Assembly: GCA_963770895.1 (NCBI GenBank)
Contig: CAVYRF010000001.1
Span: 704,481-768,480, forward strand
Direction: 5' to 3'
DNA length: 64,000 nt
DNA from: an uncultured Acidobacteriota bacterium
GTDB taxonomy: Bacteria > Acidobacteriota > Thermoanaerobaculia > Multivoradales > UBA5704
Below are positions 1-9,482 of this stretch, one piece after another (within the stretch, counting starts at the first letter, position 1; every line of letters begins with the position of its first letter). Both the position numbers and the translations under genes were made by a program. The notes under the pieces are model-generated. The model did not search any database and was not told the DNA's origin. It saw only the letters and a list, made by a program, of their open reading frames with translations.

Positions 1-1026
1 TTCCAGCCGGTCGGGCGAAACCGCGATCTCGTGGAAGCTGGGCAGCGCCTTGTCGCTGTCGGGGAAGCGGCCGGCGTGCGGACCGGTGATGATCGCCGTC
101 AGGTCGCTGTGCACGATCTCGTGGCCGTCGAGCATGGCCAGGATCGGCAGCCCGCTGTGTGCATGACCCTGGGGATACCGCTTGGTGTAGTCGATCTCGG
201 GGAGCTTCGCGGGATCGGGACGCGTGCAGACGCCGTTGTCCCACGTGCTGTCCTTGCTCGCCAGGCACAGGTCTTCGTGGTTCACCTGGCTGCGGTACCA
301 CTCGGCGCCGGCAGGCTCAACGATCAGCGCGCCGAACAGCCCCTGCTGCAGCTGACCGCCGTCGCCGTTGCCGCCGTCGGCCAGGCTGAACGTGTCGCCG
401 GTGCTGTACAGCAGGAATTCCCCTTCTTCCGGGGCATACAGCTGATACGTGATCGGCGGCAGGCCAGGCAGAACCAGGCTGCCGGTGCCCCCGGGCGGGG
501 TGCCCTGGCCGTTCAGGCCGACCCACGATCCGTCGTCGGCCGGCCGGTTGAACCAGTTGAGCCCCTGCACGTGCACGCCGGTGGCGCGGGTGGAGGGCTG
601 GCCGGCTTCGGGCGTCGGCGACACCAGGTTGCGGAACTCCACCTGCAGGCACTGCCCGCGGTTGACCCGCAGCACCATCGGCCGGGCGCGCTTGTACTTT
701 TTCAGCTGCACCTGGCCCGCCTGCCAGGTCGTCCAGTCCGCCGTGTTGGCGTTGGTCGACGTCTTGCTGGACGGTTCGACGTCGCCGGCCAGGGCATAGA
801 TCATTGCGTTGGGGAGGGATGCCCCCAGGCGGTTGGCGGTGATGGTCGCGTCGAGCGCCACCACCCGCGCCGTGACCGTCTCCGTGCACGGCGCGCCGCT
901 CTGCGCCATGGCGCCTGCCGGCACCATCCATGCGGCCAGCATCAAAAGGGCCGCGGGCGCCCACCGCGAAACACTGCAAGCAAAGGTGGGCCAAAGTGTA
1001 CGACGGAGCACTGCCGAGCTCTCCAT
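1..1026 (-). CDS. secreted cupredoxin / multicopper-oxidase-fold protein, partial (3' end runs off the window)
   Basis: Absent from the ORF track because there is no stop inside the window. Hand translation of the minus strand gives ATG at 1026-1024, preceded by GGGAGGAG (complement of 1029-1036). The N-terminus MESSAVLRRTLWPTFACSVSRWAPAALLMLAAWMVPAGAMA-QSG looks like a signal peptide, and the frame stays open to nt 1. VLRVNRGQCLQVEFRNL, ATGVHVQGL and GLFGALIVEP parallel MCO domain-1 motifs. Confidence 0.7.
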   Translation of the reverse strand, partial: MESSAVLRRTLWPTFACSVSRWAPAALLMLAAWMVPAGAMAQSGAPCTETVTARVVALDATITANRLGASLPNAMIYALAGDVEPSSKTSTNANTADWTTWQAGQVQLKKYKRARPMVLRVNRGQCLQVEFRNLVSPTPEAGQPSTRATGVHVQGLNWFNRPADDGSWVGLNGQGTPPGGTGSLVLPGLPPITYQLYAPEEGEFLLYSTGDTFSLADGGNGDGGQLQQGLFGALIVEPAGAEWYRSQVNHEDLCLASKDSTWDNGVCTRPDPAKLPEIDYTKRYPQGHAHSGLPILAMLDGHEIVHSDLTAIITGPHAGRFPDSDKALPSFHEIAVSPDRLE

Positions 1027-1267
1027 ATCTCCTCCCGTTGGCAAGTACTACCAGCCGCTGACCCCTACGCGATCGGCCCATCTTGGAGGTCAGGTCCCCC
1101 CAAAGGCCATGGATCAGAATCGCGGCATAATCACTGTGTTGGCGAGTACTTTAGCACGTGACGAGGCGCACCCGCAACGCCTCGATCACCCCCTCGCGCC
1201 CCCGCCCCGCGCGCCCCCGCGAGCGACGCGCGGGCGCCACAGTGCGCCGCCGCGCCGGAGAAGGCGG

Positions 1268-3724
1268 CTAGGTCAGCAGGCCGAGGCGCTTGATGGCGGC
1301 TTGCAGGGTGTCGATGGTGACGGGCTTGGTGAGGTGGATGGCGAAGCCGGCGGCGCGGCTGCGGCGGAGGTCTTCGTCGCGGCCGTAGCCGGAAAGGGCG
1401 ATGCCGCGCAGGGCGTAGCGGCCGGAGAGGCGGCGCATGAGGTCGTGGCCGTCGCCGTCGGGGAGACCCGGGTCGCTGATCACCAGGTCGATGCCGCCGC
1501 GGTCGGCCGCGCGCACGGCGTCCGCGATGGTGCCCGCGACGCTGACTTGCAGGCCCAGCAGCCGGAGGAGCTGATCGATGGCCTCGGCGGTGTCGGCGTG
1601 ATCTTCGACCAGCAGGATGTGGCCCTGCGGCGCGGCCGGCACGCTGACGGCGGGCGCCGCGCCGGACGTCGCCGTCGCCGGCATCGCCGTCGCCGGCGGC
1701 GCCGTGGCGGCCGCGACCGATGCGACCGATGCGTACGATGCCGACTGTGCGTCCGCGGCAGGCGCGCCGGCGTCCGCGTGCCCGGCGCCCGCCGCGGCGA
1801 AACCGGACGCGGCGTCGAGCAGCGGCAGCAGCACGGTGAAAGTGGCGCCGCCGTCCTGGCCGGGGCTGGCCGCGGTCAGGCTGCCGCCGTGGGCGGCGAC
1901 GATGGCGCGGCTGATGGCGAGCCCCAGGCCCAGGCCGCCGAAGCGCCGGGCGGTGCCGGACCGGCCCTGGTCGAAGGCGTCGAAGATGTGCGGCAGCGCC
2001 TGGGCCTCGATGCCGATGCCGGTGTCGGCGATCTCGATCGCCAGGTTGCGCGGCGGTGGCTGCTGCTGGTGCCGGTGCTCCGGCCGCTCGCGATCGGATG
2101 GGGCGGCGGCGCGGGGGGCGATATCGGAGCCGGGGGCGCCGGGAGCGCCGGCACCGGCGACGGCGGCGTCGGGGGCGGGCGCCGTGGCGACGAAGGTGCG
2201 GATGCGGATGGTGCCGCCGGCGGGAGTGAATTTGACCGCATTGCTCAACAGGTTCCAGAAGACCTGCGCCAGGCGTGCCGGGTCGCCCCAGACCAGGTGC
2301 TCTGCGGCGCCCAGGTCGCTGGTCAGGTTGCGCGCCGCAAGCTCCCGTTCGCCGCAGGTTTCGCAGGCCTGGCGGAGGACCGACCGCAGGTCGGTCGGCT
2401 GGCTGTGCAGCTCCAGCTTGCCGCGCGTGCTGCGGGTCAGGTCCAGCAGGTCGTCGATCAGCCGCGCCTCCAGGTCGATGTTGCGGCGGATGACGGCAAG
2501 GTCGGCCTGCAGCGGCGGCGGCAGCGCGGCGTCGGCCTCCAGCTTGGAGGCGATGGCCAGGACCGGAGTCAGCGGCGTGCGCAGCTCGTGGCTGAGGGTT
2601 GCCAGGAAGTGGTCCTTGGCGTGGTTGGCGGCTTCCAGGTCGCGGTACAGGCGCGCGTTGTCCAGGGCCACGGCGGTGCGCCGGGCCAGCTCGATGGCGA
2701 CCGTCAGGTCCTCGTGCTGGTGGCTGCGGAGGGAGTCGCCATAGACCAGGTGCCAGACCCCCAGGGTGCGGTCGCGTGCCACCAGCGGCAGGCTGACCAG
2801 CGAGCAGGGGGAGAGGGCGGCGACGATCGCCGTGCCGGGACCGGCCGCCAGCGCGGCGGGGATCGCCGCCGCCGATCCGTTGGCGAGCAGCACCGGCTCG
2901 CCCGTGCGCATGACGGCTGCCGCGACCGACCCGTCGTGCCACGCGGGCGGCGTGGACTGCAGCTCGGTGAGCTGGCGCTGGCGCTCGCTGTCGGGCGACT
3001 TGCTGACGACGCGCTGGCCGTTGGAGCCGCGGTCCTTCAACAGGTCGATGACGCACCAATCGGCGAGCCTGGGCACCGCCAGCCGGGCGCCGGTTTCCAG
3101 CGCTTCGCCGGGCCCCAGCCAGGCGGACAGCAGCTCGCCGGCGTCGGCGAGCAGGCGCAGGCCGTCTTCGGCGCGCTTGCGCTCGGTGACGTCTTCGACG
3201 AAAGCGACAAACCCCAGGACTTCGCTGCCATGGACGTGCGGCACGAAGCTGGCGCGCAGGCAGCGCTCACCCAGGTCATTGCCCAGGGGGGCCCAGCGCT
3301 CGCACGAAATCTGGCGCCCGGCGAGCGTCGCGTCGATCGCCTCCTTGAGCACGCCGAAGGCGCCCTCGCCCAGCACCTCCGCCATGGTCCGTCCCGAGAT
3401 CTGGTGCACCGGCATGCCGAACCAGGCCTCGTAACGGCGGCTGTTGAAGCGGTAGCACAGGTCGCGGTCGACGTAGGCGACCAGCGCGGGCAGCGAATCG
3501 GTCACCAGGTGGAGCTGGCGGATGAGGTCGGCGGTATCGAGCGTGTACACCTGCTCGCCGCCGGGCGCAAGCATCACGAACGCATCCACCTCGCCGCGGC
3601 GGATGGCGCTCACCGTCTCTTCGGGCTCGGCCAGGCGCGCCCGCAGCTCGGCAATTTCTACCAGCAGCTCCTGGCGGGATTTGGCGGCGTCGATGGCGTC
3701 GGTGGCGGCGTTGGCGTCGGTCAT
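1268..3724 (-). CDS. hybrid sensor histidine kinase (PAS-GAF-HisKA-HATPase-receiver)
   Basis: 818-aa ORF. It has an H-box (SHELRTPLTPV), a G2 box (GGLGLGLAISRAIVAAHGGSL) and a C-terminal receiver (ILLVEDHADT...DLVISDPGLPDGDG...LTKP). It starts 42 nt downstream of kaiB on the same strand. Confidence 0.9.
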   Translation of the reverse strand: MTDANAATDAIDAAKSRQELLVEIAELRARLAEPEETVSAIRRGEVDAFVMLAPGGEQVYTLDTADLIRQLHLVTDSLPALVAYVDRDLCYRFNSRRYEAWFGMPVHQISGRTMAEVLGEGAFGVLKEAIDATLAGRQISCERWAPLGNDLGERCLRASFVPHVHGSEVLGFVAFVEDVTERKRAEDGLRLLADAGELLSAWLGPGEALETGARLAVPRLADWCVIDLLKDRGSNGQRVVSKSPDSERQRQLTELQSTPPAWHDGSVAAAVMRTGEPVLLANGSAAAIPAALAAGPGTAIVAALSPCSLVSLPLVARDRTLGVWHLVYGDSLRSHQHEDLTVAIELARRTAVALDNARLYRDLEAANHAKDHFLATLSHELRTPLTPVLAIASKLEADAALPPPLQADLAVIRRNIDLEARLIDDLLDLTRSTRGKLELHSQPTDLRSVLRQACETCGERELAARNLTSDLGAAEHLVWGDPARLAQVFWNLLSNAVKFTPAGGTIRIRTFVATAPAPDAAVAGAGAPGAPGSDIAPRAAAPSDRERPEHRHQQQPPPRNLAIEIADTGIGIEAQALPHIFDAFDQGRSGTARRFGGLGLGLAISRAIVAAHGGSLTAASPGQDGGATFTVLLPLLDAASGFAAAGAGHADAGAPAADAQSASYASVASVAAATAPPATAMPATATSGAAPAVSVPAAPQGHILLVEDHADTAEAIDQLLRLLGLQVSVAGTIADAVRAADRGGIDLVISDPGLPDGDGHDLMRRLSGRYALRGIALSGYGRDEDLRRSRAAGFAIHLTKPVTIDTLQAAIKRLGLLT

Positions 3725-3766
3725 AGGTCCAGCGTTGGTATCTCGGGCGGGTCGCTGGACCGCGCA

Positions 3767-4108
3767 TCATCTCCGCGGCAGCACATCCAATCCCACCAGC
3801 ACCCGTTCCGTCTGTGACAGGTCGCCGATGATCTTGCGCATCGGCGCCGGCAGCTTCCTTACCAGGGTCGGGATCGCCAGGATCTGGTCCGCCCGCGCCA
3901 GGTGCGGGTTGGCCATGAGGTCGATCACCTCGACCCGATATCTCCCTGCAAGATGCTCGCCGCAGATCTTTTTGAGGTTGCTGAGCGCCGCCATTGAGCG
4001 CGGGGTCTGGCCGGCGACGTAGAGCCGCAGGTCCCAGGTTCCCTCCTCCTGCTCGGGCGGGAGCGATGGAGGCGATGGAGACGAGGTGGTCTGGTCGTGG
4101 TTGCTCAT
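3767..4108 (-). CDS. kaiB: circadian clock protein KaiB (thioredoxin-like fold)
   Basis: 113 aa starting at internal ATG 4108 of ORF 3767..4930. The sequence [72 protein letters not shown] is classic KaiB. Its ATG overlaps the kaiC stop (ATGA at 4105-4108). Confidence 0.9.
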   Translation of the reverse strand: MSNHDQTTSSPSPPSLPPEQEEGTWDLRLYVAGQTPRSMAALSNLKKICGEHLAGRYRVEVIDLMANPHLARADQILAIPTLVRKLPAPMRKIIGDLSQTERVLVGLDVLPRR

Positions 4109-5892
4109 AGCCGTTCCTTCCGAGCCGGCGAGCGGCCGCCGGCCCCCTCTGTCTGGCGCTTTTGCGCCATGTCCTGCCGCAGGCGGGCGTCGTCTTCGCG
4201 GCGGCGTTGCTCGCCGGCGAGCAGCGCCTCCAGGCGCTCCTCCTCGACTTTGAATTCGTGGCGCAGCAGGGCGATGCGGTTTTCCACGTCCTCGCGCTTG
4301 AGCTCCACTTCGCGCCGCCGCCGCTGCACCTCCAGCTGCCAGTCCGCCATCTCTTTGTCCTGTCGCGCCTGCTCCGCGGTGCGCGCCGAGCCGACCAGGA
4401 TGCCGGCAGGACCTACAAAAACCTCCGACAGCCGGATGCCGTGGTCGGTCAGCAGCAGCTCGCGCGTCTGCCGCGAGTGACCCATGCCGCGCGACTTGAA
4501 CAGCGACAGGGTGCGGTTGCGCTCGCCGCCCGCTTCGACGTCGCTCAACACCAGCCAGCTGTCGATCAGCGACGAGACGCCGACCACGGATTCCTGTTCG
4601 TTGCGGTGTGGCGTCGTCAGGCTGGTGTACAGGGCGGTGACGCGGCGCTCCTTCAGGAAGTCCAGCAGCCGCACCAGCAGCGACCGCACGTCGTTGGCGG
4701 AGCTGGTGGACAGGAAGGTGCCGATCGAATCGATCACGACCATCTGGGCGTCGGTGTCGCGCACCGCGCGGTGGATCACCGCCAGATGGCTTTCCAGGCC
4801 GTGCAGCGTCGGCCGCGCCGCGTGGAAGCGCAGCAGCCCCTCGCGCAGTGGGGTTTCCATGTCGAGGCCGATCGATGCCATGTTGCGCACCACCTGGTCG
4901 TGCGACTCCTCGAAGGAGAAATAGAGGCACTTTTCGCCGCGCTTGCAGGCTGCGGCGACGAAGGACGACGCCAGGCTGCTCTTACCGCTGCCGGCAACGC
5001 CGGAGATCAGGACGCTGCTGCCGCGGTAGAAGCCGCCGCCCAGCATGGCGTCCAGGTCCGGCACGCCGCTCGAGATCCGCTCGCGCGACACCTTGTAGTC
5101 GAGGCCGGCGGCGGTGATCGGCAGCACCTCCAGGCCTTCGCTGTCGATCAGGAAGGGGTATTCGTTGGTGCCGTGGGCCGAGCCGCGGTACTTGACGATG
5201 CGCAGGCGGCGCGTCGCGATCTGGTCCACCACCCGATTGTCCAGCAGGATGACGCAGTCCGACACGTACTCTTCGATGCCGAAGCGGGTGAGCGCGCCGT
5301 CGCCGCGTTCGGCGGTGATGATCGCCGTCACGCCGCGGTCCTTGAGCCAGCGGAAGAGTCGCCGCAGCTCGGCGCGCAGGATGGCCTGGTTGGTGAGACC
5401 GCCGAAGAGCGCTTCCAAGGTGTCCAGGACAACCCGTCTGGCGCCGATCGCGTCGATGGCGAAACCCAACCGGATGAACAGCCCCTCCAGGTCGTAGTCG
5501 CCGCTCTCCTGGATCTCGCCGGGTTCGATGTGCACGGTGTCGACGGTCAGCAGGTGCTGCTTCGCCAGGGCGTCCAGGTCGAAGCCCAGCGAGCGGACGT
5601 TGGCGCTCAGCTCGTCGGCGTTCTCCTCGAAGGCCAGGAAGACGCCGGGTTCGCCGCACCGCGTCGCGCCGTGCACCAGGAAGTGCATCGCCAGGAGCGT
5701 CTTGCCGCACCCGGCGCTGCCGCACACCAGGCTGGGCCGGCCGGCCGGCAGGCCGCCGCCGGTGATCTCGTCGAGACCGGCGATGCCGGTGGCGGCCTTG
5801 GGCAGCGCGCCGGCGGCGGTCTGCACGCGGCTGTGGCTGACGGTGGTCGGCGGCGGTGCGGGCCGCTGGTCGCTGTCCGTCGTCTTGCTCAT
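4105..5892 (-). CDS. kaiC: KaiC-family double-RecA ATPase/autokinase with C-terminal coiled-coil extension
   Basis: 595 aa from ATG 5892, which is in frame with ORF 4105..6531. There are two Walker A motifs (GSAGCGKT and GVAGSGKS) and the line [16 protein letters not shown]. The last ~90 aa (about 4108-4380) are Glu/Arg-rich and heptad-like. Confidence 0.92.
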   Translation of the reverse strand: MSKTTDSDQRPAPPPTTVSHSRVQTAAGALPKAATGIAGLDEITGGGLPAGRPSLVCGSAGCGKTLLAMHFLVHGATRCGEPGVFLAFEENADELSANVRSLGFDLDALAKQHLLTVDTVHIEPGEIQESGDYDLEGLFIRLGFAIDAIGARRVVLDTLEALFGGLTNQAILRAELRRLFRWLKDRGVTAIITAERGDGALTRFGIEEYVSDCVILLDNRVVDQIATRRLRIVKYRGSAHGTNEYPFLIDSEGLEVLPITAAGLDYKVSRERISSGVPDLDAMLGGGFYRGSSVLISGVAGSGKSSLASSFVAAACKRGEKCLYFSFEESHDQVVRNMASIGLDMETPLREGLLRFHAARPTLHGLESHLAVIHRAVRDTDAQMVVIDSIGTFLSTSSANDVRSLLVRLLDFLKERRVTALYTSLTTPHRNEQESVVGVSSLIDSWLVLSDVEAGGERNRTLSLFKSRGMGHSRQTRELLLTDHGIRLSEVFVGPAGILVGSARTAEQARQDKEMADWQLEVQRRRREVELKREDVENRIALLRHEFKVEEERLEALLAGEQRRREDDARLRQDMAQKRQTEGAGGRSPARKERL

Positions 5893-5909
5893 GGCGTTGG
5901 TCTGGCGCC

Positions 5910-7796
5910 TTACCCTGACGATAGCGACCCTCGCTGTATCCGGCCGCCGCCTGCCCGTGCCTGCCGCGGGTGGGAAGCGGTCGGAGTATACACCTCCGGC
6001 ATGGTGGCGCCGGGTGACGACAGCATCCCCCTGGCCGCCGCCAGGGCTGCCGCCAGGGGGATGCGGGCGGGGCGGTTGCGGGCGGCGTCGAAGAGGGCCT
6101 GGCTGAGCGGTCCCGCGGGCTGGGAGTGGACCAGCTTTTCGTGGTGGGCAAAGTAGAGGGTGGGCGTGGCGGCGGCTTCGGCCAGGTGGATCGGGGCGCT
6201 GTCGTTGGAGACCAGCAGGCGCGCGCCGGCGACCAGGGCCGCCAGGGCGCCGAAGGAATCCCGGCGGATGACGATGCGGCCGCGGTCGGCGGCGCCGGCC
6301 TGCCCGCGGCGCAGGTGTTGCTCCACCGCGGCGAGCACCGCGGCGTCGCCGGCGCCGCCTTCGATCAGCACGTGCAGGCCGTCGGCCGCCAGGCCCAGCG
6401 CCAGGGCGGCGAACTTGCGCGCCGGCCAGCGGGTCGACGAGCGCGCGCCGGGGGTGAGCACCGCGAAGGGGGCGTCGCCGATCCCGGCGGCGGCGAGCGC
6501 CGCGGCGGCTTCGTCGCGCCAGGCGGCGCACAGCGGCAGCTCGATGCGGCGGTCGACCGAGCCCGCCGGCGCGGCACCGGGCAGCGGATCGAGCGCGTGC
6601 AGCAGCAGGCGCGGGCTGGGCAGGGTGTTCCAGAAAAACCAGGCCTCGTGGGTGAACAGCGGCGACGCCTCGCGGCCGTCGTCCGCCGCGTCGAAGTATT
6701 CCAGGTTGACCCGCCAGGGAATGCCAAGCTGGGCCGCGGTTTCAGCCAGCCACCGTGCCGCCGGGCGCCGCACAAACGCGAACAGTGCGGCGTCGAAGCG
6801 GCGCGCCGCCAGCTGCTGCACCAAAAGCTGCCGGGGGGAGAGCCCGGCCGCGCCGTGCGGATTGACCAGAGGGTCCAGCGGGTCGAGCGGATCCAGCTGT
6901 GCCAGCGGGCTCGCCGCCTCCGGAGGATGCAACGGGTTCACCCGGTCCGGCGGGTTCGCTGGGGTCGGGCTCACGGGCTTCAGCGCGTTCGGAGTGTTCG
7001 GTGTCTTTGGCGATTCCCGTGGGTCCGGCGGCAGGATCAGCAGCTCACCCAGCCGCGGATTGGTTGCCAGCGCCGGCACCGCGCCCGGGGCGGCCAGCAC
7101 GGTGATCCGGACACCGGGCAGCCGGCTGTGCAGCGCGCGCAGCAGCGGCGTCAGCCACAGCGCGTCCCCCAGATGGGAGCGCGCCTGGAAGACCAGCACG
7201 CTGCGGACCGGGGCGGCGGGGCCGGGCGCCGCGGTCAGCCAGTGCGGCGAGTCCGCCGCCAGCGCGGCGGCGAACGCGTCGCCCGCCGCCCGCGCCGCCG
7301 CCCCGTCGGGCAGCCGCCATTGGAAGGCGCGCGGCACCGGCGCCAGCCACCAGCCGGGCCGCCCGGCAATGCGCTCTGCGATGGCGGCGTCGTCGCCCAG
7401 CAGCACGCCGGCGGCGCCCGGCCGGGCGAGGCCGCCGGGGCTCCAGGGCGGTGCCCCTCCGTCGGGCGCCGCGGCGCCGCCGGGGATCCGCGCGACCGCC
7501 GCCGCCGGGAGCAGCGCAAAGGGGGCGTCGGTGGCCAGGGCCGAGCGCAGCCAGACCCGCGTGCGCACCGCGGGCCGCGCCGCCCCCAGCCCCTCGAGCA
7601 GGCCGTACAGGCCGGCGAATTCCAGCCGGTGATGCACCGGCTGCCCGCACACCAGCTCCAGGTCGAAGCCCGCGGCGACCCCCTCCTGTGCCGCGACGGC
7701 GTCCAGGGCGCGCAGCAGGCCGGCGACGGTCGCGGGCAGCACCGGCAGGGGCAAGGTTCCCGCCGGGCGGCGAAGCTGTGGCTGGGGATCGGTCAT
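5910..7796 (-). CDS. glycosyltransferase family 9 (heptosyltransferase-like) with N-terminal unknown domain
   Basis: 628 aa from ATG 7796 inside the long ORF 5910..9320. The C-terminal VSNDSAPIHLAEAAATPTLYF and FQARSHLGDALWLTPLL are GT9 signatures. A Pro-rich insertion lies at about 6880-7020. Confidence 0.75.
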   Translation of the reverse strand: MTDPQPQLRRPAGTLPLPVLPATVAGLLRALDAVAAQEGVAAGFDLELVCGQPVHHRLEFAGLYGLLEGLGAARPAVRTRVWLRSALATDAPFALLPAAAVARIPGGAAAPDGGAPPWSPGGLARPGAAGVLLGDDAAIAERIAGRPGWWLAPVPRAFQWRLPDGAAARAAGDAFAAALAADSPHWLTAAPGPAAPVRSVLVFQARSHLGDALWLTPLLRALHSRLPGVRITVLAAPGAVPALATNPRLGELLILPPDPRESPKTPNTPNALKPVSPTPANPPDRVNPLHPPEAASPLAQLDPLDPLDPLVNPHGAAGLSPRQLLVQQLAARRFDAALFAFVRRPAARWLAETAAQLGIPWRVNLEYFDAADDGREASPLFTHEAWFFWNTLPSPRLLLHALDPLPGAAPAGSVDRRIELPLCAAWRDEAAAALAAAGIGDAPFAVLTPGARSSTRWPARKFAALALGLAADGLHVLIEGGAGDAAVLAAVEQHLRRGQAGAADRGRIVIRRDSFGALAALVAGARLLVSNDSAPIHLAEAAATPTLYFAHHEKLVHSQPAGPLSQALFDAARNRPARIPLAAALAAARGMLSSPGATMPEVYTPTASHPRQARAGGGRIQRGSLSSG

Positions 7797-7897
7797 CAAC
7801 CGGGTTGGAGCAGTCGATCGCGCGCGCCGGCGCCGGCGCGGCTGCCGGCACCCCGGTGCAGTATTATAGTGCCACCTTACAGCCGCCAAACGAATCG

Positions 7898-8572
7898 ATG
7901 GGTCACGGGGCAAACGACGAAACCTGGCTGCGCGAGCGGCTGCGCCAGGTCTACTGGCTGGGGGGCTCGGCCTGCTCGGGCAAGACCGCCGTGGCGCGCC
8001 GCCTTGCCGCGGCGCACGGGCTGGCGGTGTACCACACCGACGACTCCTTCGAGCGCCATCGCCGGCAGGCCGATCCGCGCCGCTACCCGGCGTTCTGCCG
8101 CGTCGGCGACCTGGCCGTCGAAGCGCTGCTGGCGGCGCCGGCTGATGAGCAGGCCAGCGAAATGCTGGCCTTCCACCGCGAGCACCTGGAGCTGGTGATC
8201 GCCGACCTGGCGGCGGCGCCGCCGGACCAGCCTCTGCTGGTCGAAGGAACGTGCCTGCTGCCGGCGCGCGTCGCGCAGCTGGCGGCGGGGCCCGCGCGGA
8301 CCCTGTGGCTGCTGGCGACGCCGCGGTTCCGGCGCCGCAGCTACCGCCGGCGCGGCCCCTGGGTGGAACGCATGCTCGCCGCGTGCGATCAGCCGGCGGC
8401 GGCCTTCGAGCGCTGGATGGCGCGCGACGACGCGCTGGCCGACTGGCGCCGGCAGCAGCTTGCCGCCCTCGGTCTGGCATGGCGCGACGTCGACGGCAGG
8501 CGCCCGCCGGCAGAAGAGGCCGCCGCCGTGGCAGCCCATTTCCAGCTCGCCGTGCCGGCGGGCGTGGGCTGA
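7898..8572 (+). CDS. P-loop NTPase / small-molecule kinase-like protein
   Basis: ATG 7898 is in frame with ORF 7451..8572. There is a Walker A motif, WLGGSACSGKTAVARRLA. Beyond the P-loop, the family is not recognisable by eye. Confidence 0.6.
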   Translation: MGHGANDETWLRERLRQVYWLGGSACSGKTAVARRLAAAHGLAVYHTDDSFERHRRQADPRRYPAFCRVGDLAVEALLAAPADEQASEMLAFHREHLELVIADLAAAPPDQPLLVEGTCLLPARVAQLAAGPARTLWLLATPRFRRRSYRRRGPWVERMLAACDQPAAAFERWMARDDALADWRRQQLAALGLAWRDVDGRRPPAEEAAAVAAHFQLAVPAGVG

Positions 8573-8669
8573 TGAGCGCGCGGCGCGCAGTGGGCGATAC
8601 GCCAGGCCGGCGCGGGCAGTGGGCGATGACGGGCCGGATGCCGCGCCAACCGGGAAGGAGGCAGTGCCG

Positions 8670-9482
8670 ATGGAAGACACCGTAGCGGCGGCGGGCGCCA
8701 CCGACGCCGAGCGCTATTTCTTCGAGGCCAACGGCTACCTGGTGATCCACGACGCCCTGGGGCCGCGCGACCTGGCGCGGGTGTGCGCCGCGGGCGAAGC
8801 CGCCGCCGCGCGCTGGCGGGCCGATCCGGCGCTGCCGGGGCCGCGCCGCGCCGACCTGGAAAGCATCCTGGCGATCGTCGAATACGACCCGGTGTTCCTG
8901 GAGGTGCTGGAAAACCCGCGCGTCCTGCCGGTGGTGCGCGACCTGCTGGGCCCGGATCTCATGCTGGTCGACAACGACTACTTTCTCACCCCGCCCGGCG
9001 CCACGATCCGCCGCGGCTGGCACTACGACGAATCCTTCCCCGGCGTGTATCACCCGCGCTCGCGGCTGCTGGTCAAGGTGTTCTACGTGCTGCAGGACAT
9101 CCCGCCCGGCGGCGGCGCCACGCTGGTGCTGCCCGGCTCGCACTGCTTTGCCGCCGACCTGCGCCTGCCCAACTCCGAGGTGCCCGAAGACCTGCCGGGA
9201 AGCGTGCCGCTCCACCTGCCGGCGGGGGCCGCCTATCTGATGTCCGGGCGCACCTATCACTCGGCCGGCACCAACCGCTCGGCGCTCTACCGCAAGCTGC
9301 TGATCTATACCTATGGGCACAAATGGATGCGCGTCTGGGACAGCTACGAACCCTCGGCGGCGCTGGCGGCGCGCGCCGAGCGGCCGATCACCCGCCAGCT
9401 GCTGGGGCTGACCGATCCCTATGGCGCCAACGCGCCCCTGGCGGCAAGCGACGGCCAGGCGGCCGCCCAGGTGGAAGCGTGA
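8670..9482 (+). CDS. phytanoyl-CoA dioxygenase (PhyH) family Fe(II)/2-oxoglutarate oxygenase, copy 1
   Basis: ATG 8670 lies after GGAAGGAGG (8653-8661). Signature lines are ERYFFEANGYLVIHDAL, WHYDE (HxD) and GATLVLPGSH. Confidence 0.8.
   Translation: MEDTVAAAGATDAERYFFEANGYLVIHDALGPRDLARVCAAGEAAAARWRADPALPGPRRADLESILAIVEYDPVFLEVLENPRVLPVVRDLLGPDLMLVDNDYFLTPPGATIRRGWHYDESFPGVYHPRSRLLVKVFYVLQDIPPGGGATLVLPGSHCFAADLRLPNSEVPEDLPGSVPLHLPAGAAYLMSGRTYHSAGTNRSALYRKLLIYTYGHKWMRVWDSYEPSAALAARAERPITRQLLGLTDPYGANAPLAASDGQAAAQVEA

Noticed and set aside
1038-1056. Sigma-54 promoter (TGG...TGC) upstream of the cupredoxin gene
   Set aside because: On the minus strand, TGGTAGTACTTGCC has GG-to-GC spacing 2 nt shorter than the -24/-12 consensus. 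I kept it only as a repeated half-site note.
809-3817. 1002-aa plus-strand ORF spanning the histidine kinase region
   Set aside because: It is antisense to a gene with clear HisKA/HATPase/receiver motifs. Its own translation is Arg/Gly/Ala/Pro-rich with poly-R runs and no motifs, a typical high-GC shadow ORF.
4162-6156. 664-aa plus-strand ORF opposite kaiC
   Set aside because: It is a shadow ORF. KaiC on the minus strand has both Walker motifs and full-length homology-like structure.
7797-9320. Upstream extension of the GT9 ORF (5910..9320 annotated as one 1136-aa ORF)
   Set aside because: The extension is antisense to the P-loop and PhyH genes and is low-complexity. ATG 7796 gives a sensible GT9 protein, with divergent promoter space before 7898.
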